Source of the DNA: Candidatus Aenigmatarchaeota archaeon
Lineage (GTDB): Archaea > Aenigmatarchaeota > Aenigmatarchaeia > CG10238-14 > SCSR01
NCBI GenBank assembly: GCA_016187405.1
Contig: JACPJS010000006.1
Span: 1-54,926, forward strand
Direction of reading: 5' to 3'
DNA length: 54,926 nucleotides
Below are positions 27,888 through 37,157 of the stretch, piece after piece; position 1 is the stretch's first letter; each line of letters begins with the position of its first letter. A model generated the notes under the pieces. The model worked only from the letters and a program-made list of their open reading frames with translations, did no database searches and was not told the origin of the DNA. The translations under genes and the position numbers were made by a program.

Positions 27888-28666
27888 TTCAACCACTCAT
27901 TAAACCAATTAACAGTTAATTCAATAGCTCTATTTTGCCATTCTTCTCTCTTCTCACCACGGAAACAATGATCAGCACCGTGAATTAATTCCAGTTTCTT
28001 TGGATTCTTTGCAAGTTTGAATGCAAGTTCTGACTGATTATGGGAAACATCATTGTCATTATCACCAGTTACTATTAACAACGGTGCCCTTATCTTTTTA
28101 ACAAAATTTATGACTTTTAGTGTTTCTCTTTCCTTGAAAAATTCTTTCCCTATCCTAATTTCTCGCAATTTACCTATTTTTATCTTCTCGATTACTAGAT
28201 AACCTTGTTTTTCGATTTCATTTTTTCTTTTTTTCCATTCTCTGAATGAGGGAGTTTCTAAAAGGAAAATAGCCGGATACCACAACACCATGCATTTTAC
28301 TTTTTGATTATATGACAATACCGCTACAGCTCCACCCATGCTTTCCCCAACTACACCAATTTTTTCAAACTTTGTAGAAAGATAACCAATAGCATTTTTC
28401 AAATCTTCCACTTCACCTTTTATTGTCATTTTCTCAAAACCTTTCCATGTATCAGGATTTGTAAACCTGAAATTGAATCTTAATGCAGCGAATCCTTCTT
28501 CGGCTAGCTGATTGGCTAAATTAACATATACATTGTCAGGGCCATTTATGTTACCTGTGAATCCATGTGCAAGAATCACAGCTTTTGTAGTTTTTTTGTC
28601 AGGTGTATGAAGAATTCCTTTAATTTTTTTACCATGACTAGTGAATGTTACAGGTATTTCTTTCAT
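27884..28666 (-). CDS. Alpha/beta-fold hydrolase
   Basis: ILAHGFTGN oxyanion region, nucleophile elbow GESMGG, C-terminal HGADH. Confidence 0.8.
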   Translation of the reverse strand: MKEIPVTFTSHGKKIKGILHTPDKKTTKAVILAHGFTGNINGPDNVYVNLANQLAEEGFAALRFNFRFTNPDTWKGFEKMTIKGEVEDLKNAIGYLSTKFEKIGVVGESMGGAVAVLSYNQKVKCMVLWYPAIFLLETPSFREWKKRKNEIEKQGYLVIEKIKIGKLREIRIGKEFFKERETLKVINFVKKIRAPLLIVTGDNDNDVSHNQSELAFKLAKNPKKLELIHGADHCFRGEKREEWQNRAIELTVNWFNEWLK

Positions 28667-29100
28667 TTTAACAACTTTCCTTGAAATATTGCTTTTTGTA
28701 CTGACATTAAATTTTTCGGGATTTTCTTGAAGAATTTGAGTTCTTCACCGCCATATCTTGAATCGCCTTTTAATTTTCCCTTCAATGGTTTGCATAGGAA
28801 CACCAAATCAATTATATGACTATATCCAGGAGATCTCCATTTCATATGTTCACATACACCAAGGAATTTTTCAATTTTTACTTGCAATCCAGTTTCTTCT
28901 TTCGCTTTCCTTTTCACAGCATCAAGTATTTTTTCTTTGTAGTGTACTGTGCCTCCTGGAAGATGCCAAGTACCTATGTCAGGGTATATATCTCGTTTTA
29001 TTAACAAAACACCTCTTTCGTCTTTTATCACAAGATCGACAGTAACACGTGCTGTCTTACTGAATACAATGTTAAAATCCTTTTTCGATAGAATCTTCAT
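28663..29100 (-). CDS. NUDIX hydrolase
   Basis: Nudix box GTVHYKEKILDAVKRKAKEETGL (G x5 E x7 R.A.EE.GL). The ATG at 29100 gives an ATGA overlap with the Rpp30 stop (an alternative ATG lies at 29130). Confidence 0.85.
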   Translation of the reverse strand: MKILSKKDFNIVFSKTARVTVDLVIKDERGVLLIKRDIYPDIGTWHLPGGTVHYKEKILDAVKRKAKEETGLQVKIEKFLGVCEHMKWRSPGYSHIIDLVFLCKPLKGKLKGDSRYGGEELKFFKKIPKNLMSVQKAIFQGKLLK

Positions 29101-29813
29101 TTCATCACTTTGACTCCAGGCATAATCCATTTTTCAGATTTCCTTTCATGGAATTGTTTAACTATTCTATCTGGTAATGTCGATATAGAATCTTTTGCTT
29201 CTTTTATATTCAATCCAAGTTGATTACCAACACTCATCATAATCTGCGGGTCTTTCAATTCAAAATGATTCACTCCACCAGAACACAATATCAATTGTGT
29301 GTGAAATTTCTTCGCAAGCTTTACATTCTGACTGATATTTCTCATGACATGGTTCCTAGTTTTTCTTGTGGTTAACAAAATCTCCCTGAAATTAATCTCA
29401 ATCGCAACATTGTTTTTCGCAGCTATTTTCATGAGTACATGATTCAATCCCGAATCAGTCCTTCCCATTTCAGGATGTGTCAATATATCAACTTCAGGCG
29501 TTTCGCATGCTGTCCTGTTCAGTTTCAAATCTCCACCTTGAACTAGAAGTATATCAAACATCTTCCTCCTTTCAATCAATTTGTGCAATTCTTTCTGGTT
29601 TCTTGCTTCAAATCCAAGATAAATTTCTATACCAACTTTTTCAGTAATTTGTGAGATTTCCTCTTTCAGTCTCTTGATTTGATTTTCATTCTCAAAATAT
29701 TCCGCAAAACAGATTCCAGTATATCCTAATTCCTTTGCAGCCGATGCAAGTTGTTCCAGAGTACTCTGTCCACCGCTGAATGCACTATGTACATGCATAT
29801 CGTAGAATTTCAT
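29097..29813 (-). CDS. rnp3: RNase P protein component 3 (Rpp30 family)
   Basis: C-terminal two thirds follow the archaeal Rpp30 pattern as I recall it: DILTHP...R.DSGLNHVLMKIAAKNNVAIEINF...LAKKF...KDSISTLPDRIVK. N-terminus FYDMHVHS. Confidence 0.75.
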   Translation of the reverse strand: MKFYDMHVHSAFSGGQSTLEQLASAAKELGYTGICFAEYFENENQIKRLKEEISQITEKVGIEIYLGFEARNQKELHKLIERRKMFDILLVQGGDLKLNRTACETPEVDILTHPEMGRTDSGLNHVLMKIAAKNNVAIEINFREILLTTRKTRNHVMRNISQNVKLAKKFHTQLILCSGGVNHFELKDPQIMMSVGNQLGLNIKEAKDSISTLPDRIVKQFHERKSEKWIMPGVKVMK

Positions 29814-29836
29814 ATAGATTGAATACGTTAATCCGT

Positions 29837-29846
29837 GATTTAAATA
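29837..29846 (-). promoter_or_regulatory. Putative TATA box for the Rpp30 operon
   Basis: TATTTAAATC on the minus strand, centred about 28 nt upstream of the ATG at 29813. Confidence 0.35.
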
Positions 29847-29852
29847 ACAGGT

Positions 29853-30458
29853 TTACTTCTTGAAAATCATCACAACAATTCTGGCAAGCAACACCAACAA
29901 TGCAAATGCAAGGGTAATCTGTCCCAACTGTCTTCCTATGAACTGTCCATTCTCAAGTAAAACAAAATGCAGTATCACAAGTATGAATGCGATGTATCCC
30001 AGCCTTTGAATTTTCTGCCATTTTTCGAAACCAAATGATTCAATTTTTACCAAAGATGTCGATGAGACAAGAGTGAAAATAAGGATTGCTATCATGGCAA
30101 AAAATAAAGACAAACCGTTGCTTTCAAACACACTACCTGGAACTATCAACAATGAAATCAGTATGTGAGATATTGCAGCAGCATATCCAGATAATCCGAA
30201 TGATTTTCTATATTCCAATTTACTTACAAATATTTTCGGAAATAATCCAGCCAAAGGCCCGAGCAAGTATGACATTCCTATGAAAAATACAGCATCTATT
30301 GCAATGGCACGGTTCGCAAATGCAAGATTGAATGGTTGGTTACGGATATTTACAAAATAGAACATGATTAAAAAGAAAACTGCACATGCGATTAAGAATG
30401 CTATGAGATTAGTTTTTGATCCAGTTTCGTAATGATGCTTCTGAAGTTTGGTTCTCAT
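29853..30458 (-). CDS. Integral membrane protein, ferric-reductase-like/MsrQ-like TM domain (tentative)
   Basis: Six TM. RKSFGLSGYAAAISHILISL and WQKIQRLGYIAFILVILHFVL resemble the His-bearing helices of that family. Confidence 0.45.
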   Translation of the reverse strand: MRTKLQKHHYETGSKTNLIAFLIACAVFFLIMFYFVNIRNQPFNLAFANRAIAIDAVFFIGMSYLLGPLAGLFPKIFVSKLEYRKSFGLSGYAAAISHILISLLIVPGSVFESNGLSLFFAMIAILIFTLVSSTSLVKIESFGFEKWQKIQRLGYIAFILVILHFVLLENGQFIGRQLGQITLAFALLVLLARIVVMIFKK

Positions 30459-30490
30459 CTAAAGAATATTGTTAGACCGGATAGAAATAG

Positions 30491-31015
30491 TTACTGCGAG
30501 CCTCTGCTCTTCTTCGCTGCAGATGTCAATCCGTGATGGACTCTCTTTCTGTTCGCAGGATTCGTTACCCATTTCATCTTCGGATTGTTTTTCAGATTAG
30601 GATGTGTCGGATCGACAAGTATGACTTCGAACCACTTGTAAACTCCATCTTCGCCTACCTGATAAGAATTCAAAACTTCCATGTTAGTGAATTTTCTCTG
30701 GACCTTCTCTTCCCCGATCCATTGCAATGATTTTGCCGGAGTGAAATGAACAAGACCCATCTTTCGTGGCTTTCTTCCCTTGTCAGGATGTCTTCTTCTC
30801 CTACCACCTTTCTTGACTCTGACGCGTGCAACAGTATATCCTAACTTCGCCTTGAAACCCAATTCATGCGCTCTGTCAAGTCTTGTAGGCTTTGGCACAC
30901 GTACGACTACATGCTGTTCTCTCCATTCTGTGAGTCTTTGCCTGAGCGTTTCGCCTAGATTCTCTCTCGGTTTCTTCCAAGTTTCCCTCAGACTTTTGTA
31001 CAATCCGTTAACCAT
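30491..31015 (-). CDS. rpl15e: 50S ribosomal protein L15e
   Basis: MVNGLYKSLRETWKKPRE start; very basic; KGGRRRRHPDKGRKPRKMG. Confidence 0.9.
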   Translation of the reverse strand: MVNGLYKSLRETWKKPRENLGETLRQRLTEWREQHVVVRVPKPTRLDRAHELGFKAKLGYTVARVRVKKGGRRRRHPDKGRKPRKMGLVHFTPAKSLQWIGEEKVQRKFTNMEVLNSYQVGEDGVYKWFEVILVDPTHPNLKNNPKMKWVTNPANRKRVHHGLTSAAKKSRGSQ

Positions 31016-31075
31016 ACAATTCACTTCAAAATTTTAGGTAATAAAGCTTAAATCTCTAAGGAACTTTTAAACAAT

Positions 31076-31762
31076 ATGGTTATAGCAGTTCCAACTGCAG
31101 AAGAAGTTTTTGATAATCTTAGAACATGGTCAGGGATGGCGGATGCTCTGATACAACTATTTCAAACAGAAACGGACCCCGAAAGACGTATAAGTTTACC
31201 ATATGGTGAAAAAAAGCTGGTCGTAGCTCCGATAAAAACTTTGGGCAACTCATATTTTAGAATTGCGAACTATAATGGCGGAAATTATACTGGATATTTT
31301 GGTGTTTTTTTGAGTTTTTATTCTCACGTTGATATGAGAAAATTAACATATCTAGGAGAACCGAACGAACCAAACGCTGATATGATTGCCGAAGCAAATA
31401 ACCGTTCAGATTTTATACACTTACAAGTAAGAGACATAATTATACAATCCGAAGAATTTAGATATTTATCAGGTCTTCTGAGTAGAATGCCAACTACATC
31501 ACCGTATGCGAATCCAAGAAGAGAAAGCAAGATAATCATCGGTGTTGTTTTCATAGTTTTGGGTGCTTGGTGGATTGTATCAGGTTCTGATATGATAACC
31601 GGTTTAAAGAGTTCATCAACTGTAACAGACAGACCTGCACTTGGTGATCTAATCACAGTCGCGAACGGAACAATACCGGGATTTTTCATCCTACTGGGCC
31701 TGTTGATGGTATGGCTCGAAATGGACACGATAAGAGCGCAGAAAGAACTAGCCAAAGAATGA
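31076..31762 (+). CDS. Hypothetical membrane protein (soluble N-domain, two C-terminal TM helices)
   Basis: Longest coherent ORF here. The antisense ORF is S/I-rich shadow. No family recognised. Confidence 0.5.
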   Translation: MVIAVPTAEEVFDNLRTWSGMADALIQLFQTETDPERRISLPYGEKKLVVAPIKTLGNSYFRIANYNGGNYTGYFGVFLSFYSHVDMRKLTYLGEPNEPNADMIAEANNRSDFIHLQVRDIIIQSEEFRYLSGLLSRMPTTSPYANPRRESKIIIGVVFIVLGAWWIVSGSDMITGLKSSSTVTDRPALGDLITVANGTIPGFFILLGLLMVWLEMDTIRAQKELAKE

Positions 31763-31791
31763 ATTTATAGTTTACTTTTCATTTCTGTTAA

Positions 31792-32184
31792 ATGGGAATA
31801 TCATTCAAACCTGACAATCGTAAGAGAGTGTTGTATGTTGAAGACGATCGGGATTCTCGTGAAGCAGTCGGTATGTTTCTAGATGATATGGGATTTCAAG
31901 TCACAGAAACAGATAATTTGCAAGATGCTGAAAGAATTGGGAGAGAACTCTTTGATGTCTATATTGTAGATGGAACATTTCCACGAGTTCCTGCCGGACA
32001 AGCTGTTCGTGGTATTGGGATAGAATTGTATGACAGAATCCATCGAATATACGGCAAGATCAACTATGCCATACTGTCTCTTGATGATGATTTGGAAGAT
32101 GCATGTAAAGCAAGAGGAATTGTTTTTATTGGAAAATCAAGACCTGGTAATGGTTTGTTAGAATATCTTAAAGGTTTGCAGTAA
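31792..32184 (+). CDS. Stand-alone response-regulator receiver (CheY-like) domain protein
   Basis: KRVLYVEDD acidic pocket, DVYIVDG putative phospho-acceptor, later AILSLD and FIGKS positions; 130 aa. Confidence 0.65.
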   Translation: MGISFKPDNRKRVLYVEDDRDSREAVGMFLDDMGFQVTETDNLQDAERIGRELFDVYIVDGTFPRVPAGQAVRGIGIELYDRIHRIYGKINYAILSLDDDLEDACKARGIVFIGKSRPGNGLLEYLKGLQ

Positions 32185-32193
32185 ATAATCATT

Positions 32194-33216
32194 ATGGGAG
32201 TTCAAATTTCGAGCATCATCACTCCGAAACAGATTGAGATTTCAGAACTGAACGGAAGAAAGGTTGCGATTGACGCGTTCAACACGATGTTCCAGTTTCT
32301 ATCGATAATACGAGACAGGATGACAGGCGAACCATTGAAGGACAGCCATGGAAACATCACATCACACCTATCGGGATTGTTTTACAGGACTTCCAATCTA
32401 CTTGATGCAGGTATAAGACCTGTTTTTGTTTTCGATGGAGAACCTCCAGAATTCAAAAAAGAGACTTTGAGAGAAAGGGAGGAAACGAAACAGAAGGCAG
32501 AAAGAAAATGGAAAGAAGCTGTCGAGAAAGGAGAGGCTGCTATGAAATACGCGCAGGCAGCTTCAAGGATGACAGAACATATGGTAAACGATGCGAAGAA
32601 ACTTTTGGATTACATGGGAATTCCTCACATACAGGCTCCGTCAGAAGGAGAGATGCAGTGTGCATTCATGTGCAAGAAAGGAGATGTATGGGCGTCTGCA
32701 TCACAGGATTATGATTCATTGTTGGACGGTTCGCCTAGGTTTGTAAGAAATCTTTCCATCAGTGGCAGGAAGAAAATCGCCGGTAAGGAACAGTACATGG
32801 AAGTGAAACCTGAATTGTATGAACTGAAGAACGTCTTATCGGAACTCGGGATAAATCAAGAGCAACTTATCGTCATGGGAATATTGATAGGGACAGATTA
32901 CAACCCTGGCGGCGTGAAGGGAATCGGTCCGAAGAACGCGTTCAAGATGGTGAAGGAACACAAGACACTGAAAAAAGTTTTGGAGAATGTGAAATGGGAA
33001 TCGGATGTGAGTGCAGAAGAGATATACGATTTCTTTGTAAATCCTCCCACGTTTGACAAGTATGAATTGAAATGGAACGAGCCGAACAAGGAGAAATTAA
33101 TCAATTTCATGGTAGACGATCATGATTTCTCGATGGAAAGGATAGGAAAGACAATAGACAAACTGATGGAGAATTCTAAATCAAAACAAAAGGGTCTTGG
33201 CAACTGGTTGAAATAA
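32194..33216 (+). CDS. fen1: Flap endonuclease 1
   Basis: MGVQISSII...GRKVAIDAFNTMFQFLS, XPG-I region EGEMQCAFM, H3TH GTDYNPGGVKGIGPK, C-terminal PIP-like tail. Confidence 0.95.
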   Translation: MGVQISSIITPKQIEISELNGRKVAIDAFNTMFQFLSIIRDRMTGEPLKDSHGNITSHLSGLFYRTSNLLDAGIRPVFVFDGEPPEFKKETLREREETKQKAERKWKEAVEKGEAAMKYAQAASRMTEHMVNDAKKLLDYMGIPHIQAPSEGEMQCAFMCKKGDVWASASQDYDSLLDGSPRFVRNLSISGRKKIAGKEQYMEVKPELYELKNVLSELGINQEQLIVMGILIGTDYNPGGVKGIGPKNAFKMVKEHKTLKKVLENVKWESDVSAEEIYDFFVNPPTFDKYELKWNEPNKEKLINFMVDDHDFSMERIGKTIDKLMENSKSKQKGLGNWLK

Positions 33217-33246
33217 TCAATTAAATTCTAATAACAAAAGAATAAT

Positions 33247-34734
33247 ATGGCAGTTTCTGATAAAGTTGTAGAATTGGCCAAAAGAAGAGGGTTCTTCACA
33301 GTCAGCAGCGAGATATATGGTGGTATTGCGGGATTCTATGATTATGGCGCTTATGGTACATTATTGAAAAGAAAACTGGAAAATCTCTGGAGAAAATATT
33401 TTGTAGGAATGGATGAAAACTTTTTCGAGATAGAAGCTTCAAACATAATGCCAGAGAAAGTGTTCGAAGGTTCTGGACACATAACAAATTTTGTAGACCC
33501 TGTTGCAAAATGCAAGAAATGCGGAACATTCCACCGTGCAGATCAGATAATGGAGGAATTCCTACATGAAAACTTTGAAGGAAAGACTGTAGAAGAATTA
33601 ACACAGTTGATAAAGAAACACAATGTGAAATGTTCCAGATGCAAAGGGGAGCTGGGAGACGTTTCTGTTTTGAATATGATGTTCCCGTTGGCAATGGGCG
33701 CTGGCAAGGATACAGTTGCATATCTCCGACCAGAGACAGCACAAGGCGCATATGTAAATTTCCTACGCCATTTCAACATCCTACGAATGAGACTCCCACT
33801 AGGTCTTGCTATAATAGGAAAGGCATTCAGAAATGAGATATCACCAAGGCAATTGTTATTGAGACAGCGTGAATTCACACAGGCGGAACTGCAGATATTC
33901 TTTGATCCTAGAGAGGTTGAAGAACATGATAACTGGAAGGAAGTTGCCAAATACAAATTGATTATCTATCATGCAAAGAAAATGGAAAAAATCTCATGCG
34001 ACGATGCGAACAAGAAAATGAAAATACCGAAATTCTATCTGTACTATCTTGCAAAGATGCAGAAATTTTTCTTGGACGAATTGAACATACCTGAAAAGAA
34101 ATTCAGATTGAGAAAATTGACAGACGAAGAGAAAGCATTCTATAACAAGGTCCATTTTGATATCGAAATCCAATTGGAAGAACTCGGTTGGAAAGAAGTG
34201 GCAGGTTGCCATTATAGGACTGACCATGATTTGAAAGGGCACCAATTGGTTTCGGGACAATCCCAGGAAATATTTTACAATGAAAAGAAATTCATCCCGC
34301 ATGTTTTGGAATTGAGCTTTGGTGTCGACAGGATTCTTTATTCATTGCTTGAATTGAATTACGCAGAAGACAAGGATAGGGTATATCTGAAACTGCCTGC
34401 TAAACTGTCTCCATTTACACTTGCTGTATTTCCATTGGTGAACAAGGACAAGATTCCTAAGAAAGCAGAGGAGATATTTGAGGAATTGAAAAAACATTTC
34501 GATGCAATTTACGATGATAGTGGGAGTATTGGTAAAAGATATTATAGACAAGATGAAATTTCAACACCAGTAACGATTACATGTGATTACCAAACAATAA
34601 GTGAGAATACTGTAACCATTCGAGATAGAGATAGTACTCACCAAATTCGTGTAAACACTAAAAACTTGAAGACAGTTTTAACAAAATTTTTAGAAGGTGA
34701 AAATTTAGAGAGACTAGGTAAGACCGTTAAATAA
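33247..34734 (+). CDS. glyS: Glycyl-tRNA synthetase (archaeal/eukaryotic alpha2 type)
   Basis: RRGFFTVSSEIYGGIAGFYDYG start, class II motifs (FRNEISPR, LELSFGVDR), anticodon-binding C-domain. Confidence 0.95.
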   Translation: MAVSDKVVELAKRRGFFTVSSEIYGGIAGFYDYGAYGTLLKRKLENLWRKYFVGMDENFFEIEASNIMPEKVFEGSGHITNFVDPVAKCKKCGTFHRADQIMEEFLHENFEGKTVEELTQLIKKHNVKCSRCKGELGDVSVLNMMFPLAMGAGKDTVAYLRPETAQGAYVNFLRHFNILRMRLPLGLAIIGKAFRNEISPRQLLLRQREFTQAELQIFFDPREVEEHDNWKEVAKYKLIIYHAKKMEKISCDDANKKMKIPKFYLYYLAKMQKFFLDELNIPEKKFRLRKLTDEEKAFYNKVHFDIEIQLEELGWKEVAGCHYRTDHDLKGHQLVSGQSQEIFYNEKKFIPHVLELSFGVDRILYSLLELNYAEDKDRVYLKLPAKLSPFTLAVFPLVNKDKIPKKAEEIFEELKKHFDAIYDDSGSIGKRYYRQDEISTPVTITCDYQTISENTVTIRDRDSTHQIRVNTKNLKTVLTKFLEGENLERLGKTVK

Positions 34735-36337
34735 CCTCTACAATTCTTCTATCTACTTTTTCTATATTTTTCCATATTTTAGACTCATTAATATCTAAAG
34801 CATCACAGAATCTTTTAATAATGGGTAGTGGTATTCTATTTTTCCTAACTTTCCATGCAGATAAAGTACCATTTTCTACTCCTATAGATTTACCAAATTC
34901 TTGGTATTCAACAAACTTATTAAGTATTTTAGAAAATAGGTTTTCATGAAAAGCCTTCTTAAGTAAAACTGTTGTATTCGAACTGACAAAAATCGGATTC
35001 AACAAGGAAGGACTTTCAGATAGTTTTATCTTATTTTGATTTTCAAGTAATTTTAGGTAATGTACAACTGAAGTGTGTTTACAATTGAAAACTTTAGCTA
35101 GAAAATTTATGTCACACGATTTTATCACAGTTAAAATATTGACTATTTCTTGAAATGATATTTTTCTTTGAGGATATTTTCTGTATAAACTCTCTAAAGA
35201 GACTTCAGATTTGTCTATATTAGAATAATGCATTAATCTTTGCCATTTTACTGTATTTTCTTCTATAAATTTCCCTATTTCTATTGGGCTATTTTCTTTG
35301 TAAGTAAAAATCTTATAAAAACCATTTTTATATCCACCACCAAACTTAATCGAACACCTTGTAAGAACCTCTTGTACGGATTCGTATAAATATCGGCTTT
35401 TAATTGTTAATGTAAGATTGCCACTAATAGTTATAGAACCGTCAAAAGTCATTACTCCTAGCACAAACGCCTTTCTAAAATTGAGATTAGAGTTCTTTAT
35501 GAGTAATGGTTCAAAAGCTATATCTGTTTTATATCCGGATTTTATCTCAAAATAAGTTATCAAAACTCTTGCCATTACTTTATTCGAAAATATACTTCTC
35601 CACGCATTTCCTATTTTGTTAAAGGAACTAGGATTTATATCAAAGGTATTTTTCATCCACCTATTAAAAGATTCAACATTATTTTTATGCTCGTCTGTTA
35701 TTTCTAGGTTATAATGAGTCAGAATGTTGAAGCCTTTTGAATTTATCATTATAAAATTATTTATTTGATCAAAATTTTTGTAATTAGCATTAGTACTCAG
35801 GAAAAACTTATTTCTTGTTTTTGAATACCCCTTTGAGAATTTGTATTTTAGTATATTTAACTCATTTTCTATCGGTTCTAAATTTAATTTGTTTCTATTT
35901 TCCACAATGACTTGAAAACTTAGGTTACCATCCGCCATAAAAGCTCCTATAATCTTAGAAATGTCTATTGTAAGATTCTTCACTAATTTTATAGGTTTTG
36001 AAGTAGCGGAATTTGTTTTTAGATACTTAATTGACTTATGGATTGTTTTTAGATAGTACCTATTTCTTTTAGTCAATTTCACTAACTCTAATATTATTGG
36101 TATTGGGTAGAATTTTCTCTTACCTTGTAATAACTGTTTGATAACCCCATAATTGCACTGTAACTTGTTTGCGAGTAATTTTGATAAGCTCTCTCTTGTT
36201 AAATTCAATTCTTTTAAAACATCCAGTTCCAATTCATAAATTTGATTACTTATTCTATCACCACTCACACAAATCCATGAACGAGGATGTACATCACTAG
36301 ATTTATGTAATAACCATAGATTAAAATTTTTACTCAT
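34727..36337 (-). CDS. Free-standing double LAGLIDADG-like protein flanked by HTH-like regions (possible homing endonuclease or derivative)
   Basis: IIGAFMADG (res 129-137) and VLGVMTFDG (res 292-300). XRE-type HTH-like text at about res 44-75 and 480-515; wHTH-like at about 405-440. Visibly AT-richer than neighbours. The ORF itself is solid; the function is tentative. Confidence 0.5.
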   Translation of the reverse strand: MSKNFNLWLLHKSSDVHPRSWICVSGDRISNQIYELELDVLKELNLTRESLSKLLANKLQCNYGVIKQLLQGKRKFYPIPIILELVKLTKRNRYYLKTIHKSIKYLKTNSATSKPIKLVKNLTIDISKIIGAFMADGNLSFQVIVENRNKLNLEPIENELNILKYKFSKGYSKTRNKFFLSTNANYKNFDQINNFIMINSKGFNILTHYNLEITDEHKNNVESFNRWMKNTFDINPSSFNKIGNAWRSIFSNKVMARVLITYFEIKSGYKTDIAFEPLLIKNSNLNFRKAFVLGVMTFDGSITISGNLTLTIKSRYLYESVQEVLTRCSIKFGGGYKNGFYKIFTYKENSPIEIGKFIEENTVKWQRLMHYSNIDKSEVSLESLYRKYPQRKISFQEIVNILTVIKSCDINFLAKVFNCKHTSVVHYLKLLENQNKIKLSESPSLLNPIFVSSNTTVLLKKAFHENLFSKILNKFVEYQEFGKSIGVENGTLSAWKVRKNRIPLPIIKRFCDALDINESKIWKNIEKVDRRIVEVI

Positions 36338-36436
36338 AATATCTATATGTGAATTACAGTATATATGCTTTTAATCGTCTACAAAACAAACACGTGTGAA
36401 AATCAGTAAACTAGTTGATGAAATTAAGAAATTAAT

Positions 36437-36760
36437 TTAACCGCGGTAAACTTTGGCATTTGGTGGGCACAGGATTAAAACATCTTCTTCTGCCAATAGA
36501 ATGTCACCATCGCTTGCTACGATTGTCTTCTTCAACTTGTCGACAGTTCTCTTCAATTCGTTAATGTCGCTGTCTCTCAAGCTCTTGATTCTCAAAAATA
36601 CAATCTTTCCTTCCCTTACCATTCCTTGGACTCTTTCAGCGTCTGCATATCCTTTAAGATTCTCAACAGCGACTGTTATTGTGCTGTCCTGTTGCGTCAT
36701 TGATTCGTCAAGTTCAGGCATTTCATTTGATTCTGGTTTTTTGTTTCCGAAAAGTCCCAT
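36437..36760 (-). CDS. sepF: SepF-like cell-division protein
   Basis: 107 aa. Disordered N-terminus, then ITVAVENLKGYADAERVQGMVREGKIVFLRIKSL...DGDILLAEEDVLILCPPNAKV, the SepF/DUF552 layout. Confidence 0.7.
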   Translation of the reverse strand: MGLFGNKKPESNEMPELDESMTQQDSTITVAVENLKGYADAERVQGMVREGKIVFLRIKSLRDSDINELKRTVDKLKKTIVASDGDILLAEEDVLILCPPNAKVYRG

Positions 36761-36827
36761 CTAATTCACAAAATTATTTCGGTCTATAAACTTAAATAAT
36801 TGAAAGCCAACTGAGGTATTGTTATAT

Positions 36828-37157
36828 ATGGCATTAGAAGAAACTGAAGAAATTGACCGGGATGAACATGTTTATTTGGGACGATTCGGTGATTATGACG
36901 CTTTCCTATACGGTGGATGTGCATGTTTGACTAATCCAGAAATGTCTTATGAAGACGCGGAATCCATTTCTGAATTGCTTACAAAGAGAGGATTAAAAAC
37001 AAGCACAGGAGAAAAATACAGGCATTATGCAAGCGTATTTGGTATACCTGAACATATTGATGATCAAACATGTATTGTTTTACCCAAGGGTTCGAATATA
37101 CCACAAGTAAGACAAGCTCTTAATATTTTAAATCACTATGGAAGGAGATCAGCCTAA
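36828..37157 (+). CDS. Hypothetical protein (orphan)
   Basis: ATG at 36828. Acidic N-terminus. No family recognised. Confidence 0.45.
   Translation: MALEETEEIDRDEHVYLGRFGDYDAFLYGGCACLTNPEMSYEDAESISELLTKRGLKTSTGEKYRHYASVFGIPEHIDDQTCIVLPKGSNIPQVRQALNILNHYGRRSA

Noticed and set aside
36338-36436. C/D-box sRNA in the 100-nt gap upstream of the LAGLIDADG-like gene (TGATGA at 36416-36421)
   Set aside because: The box is preceded by T rather than a purine. No CTGA D box follows at a suitable distance on that strand, and no terminal stem is visible.
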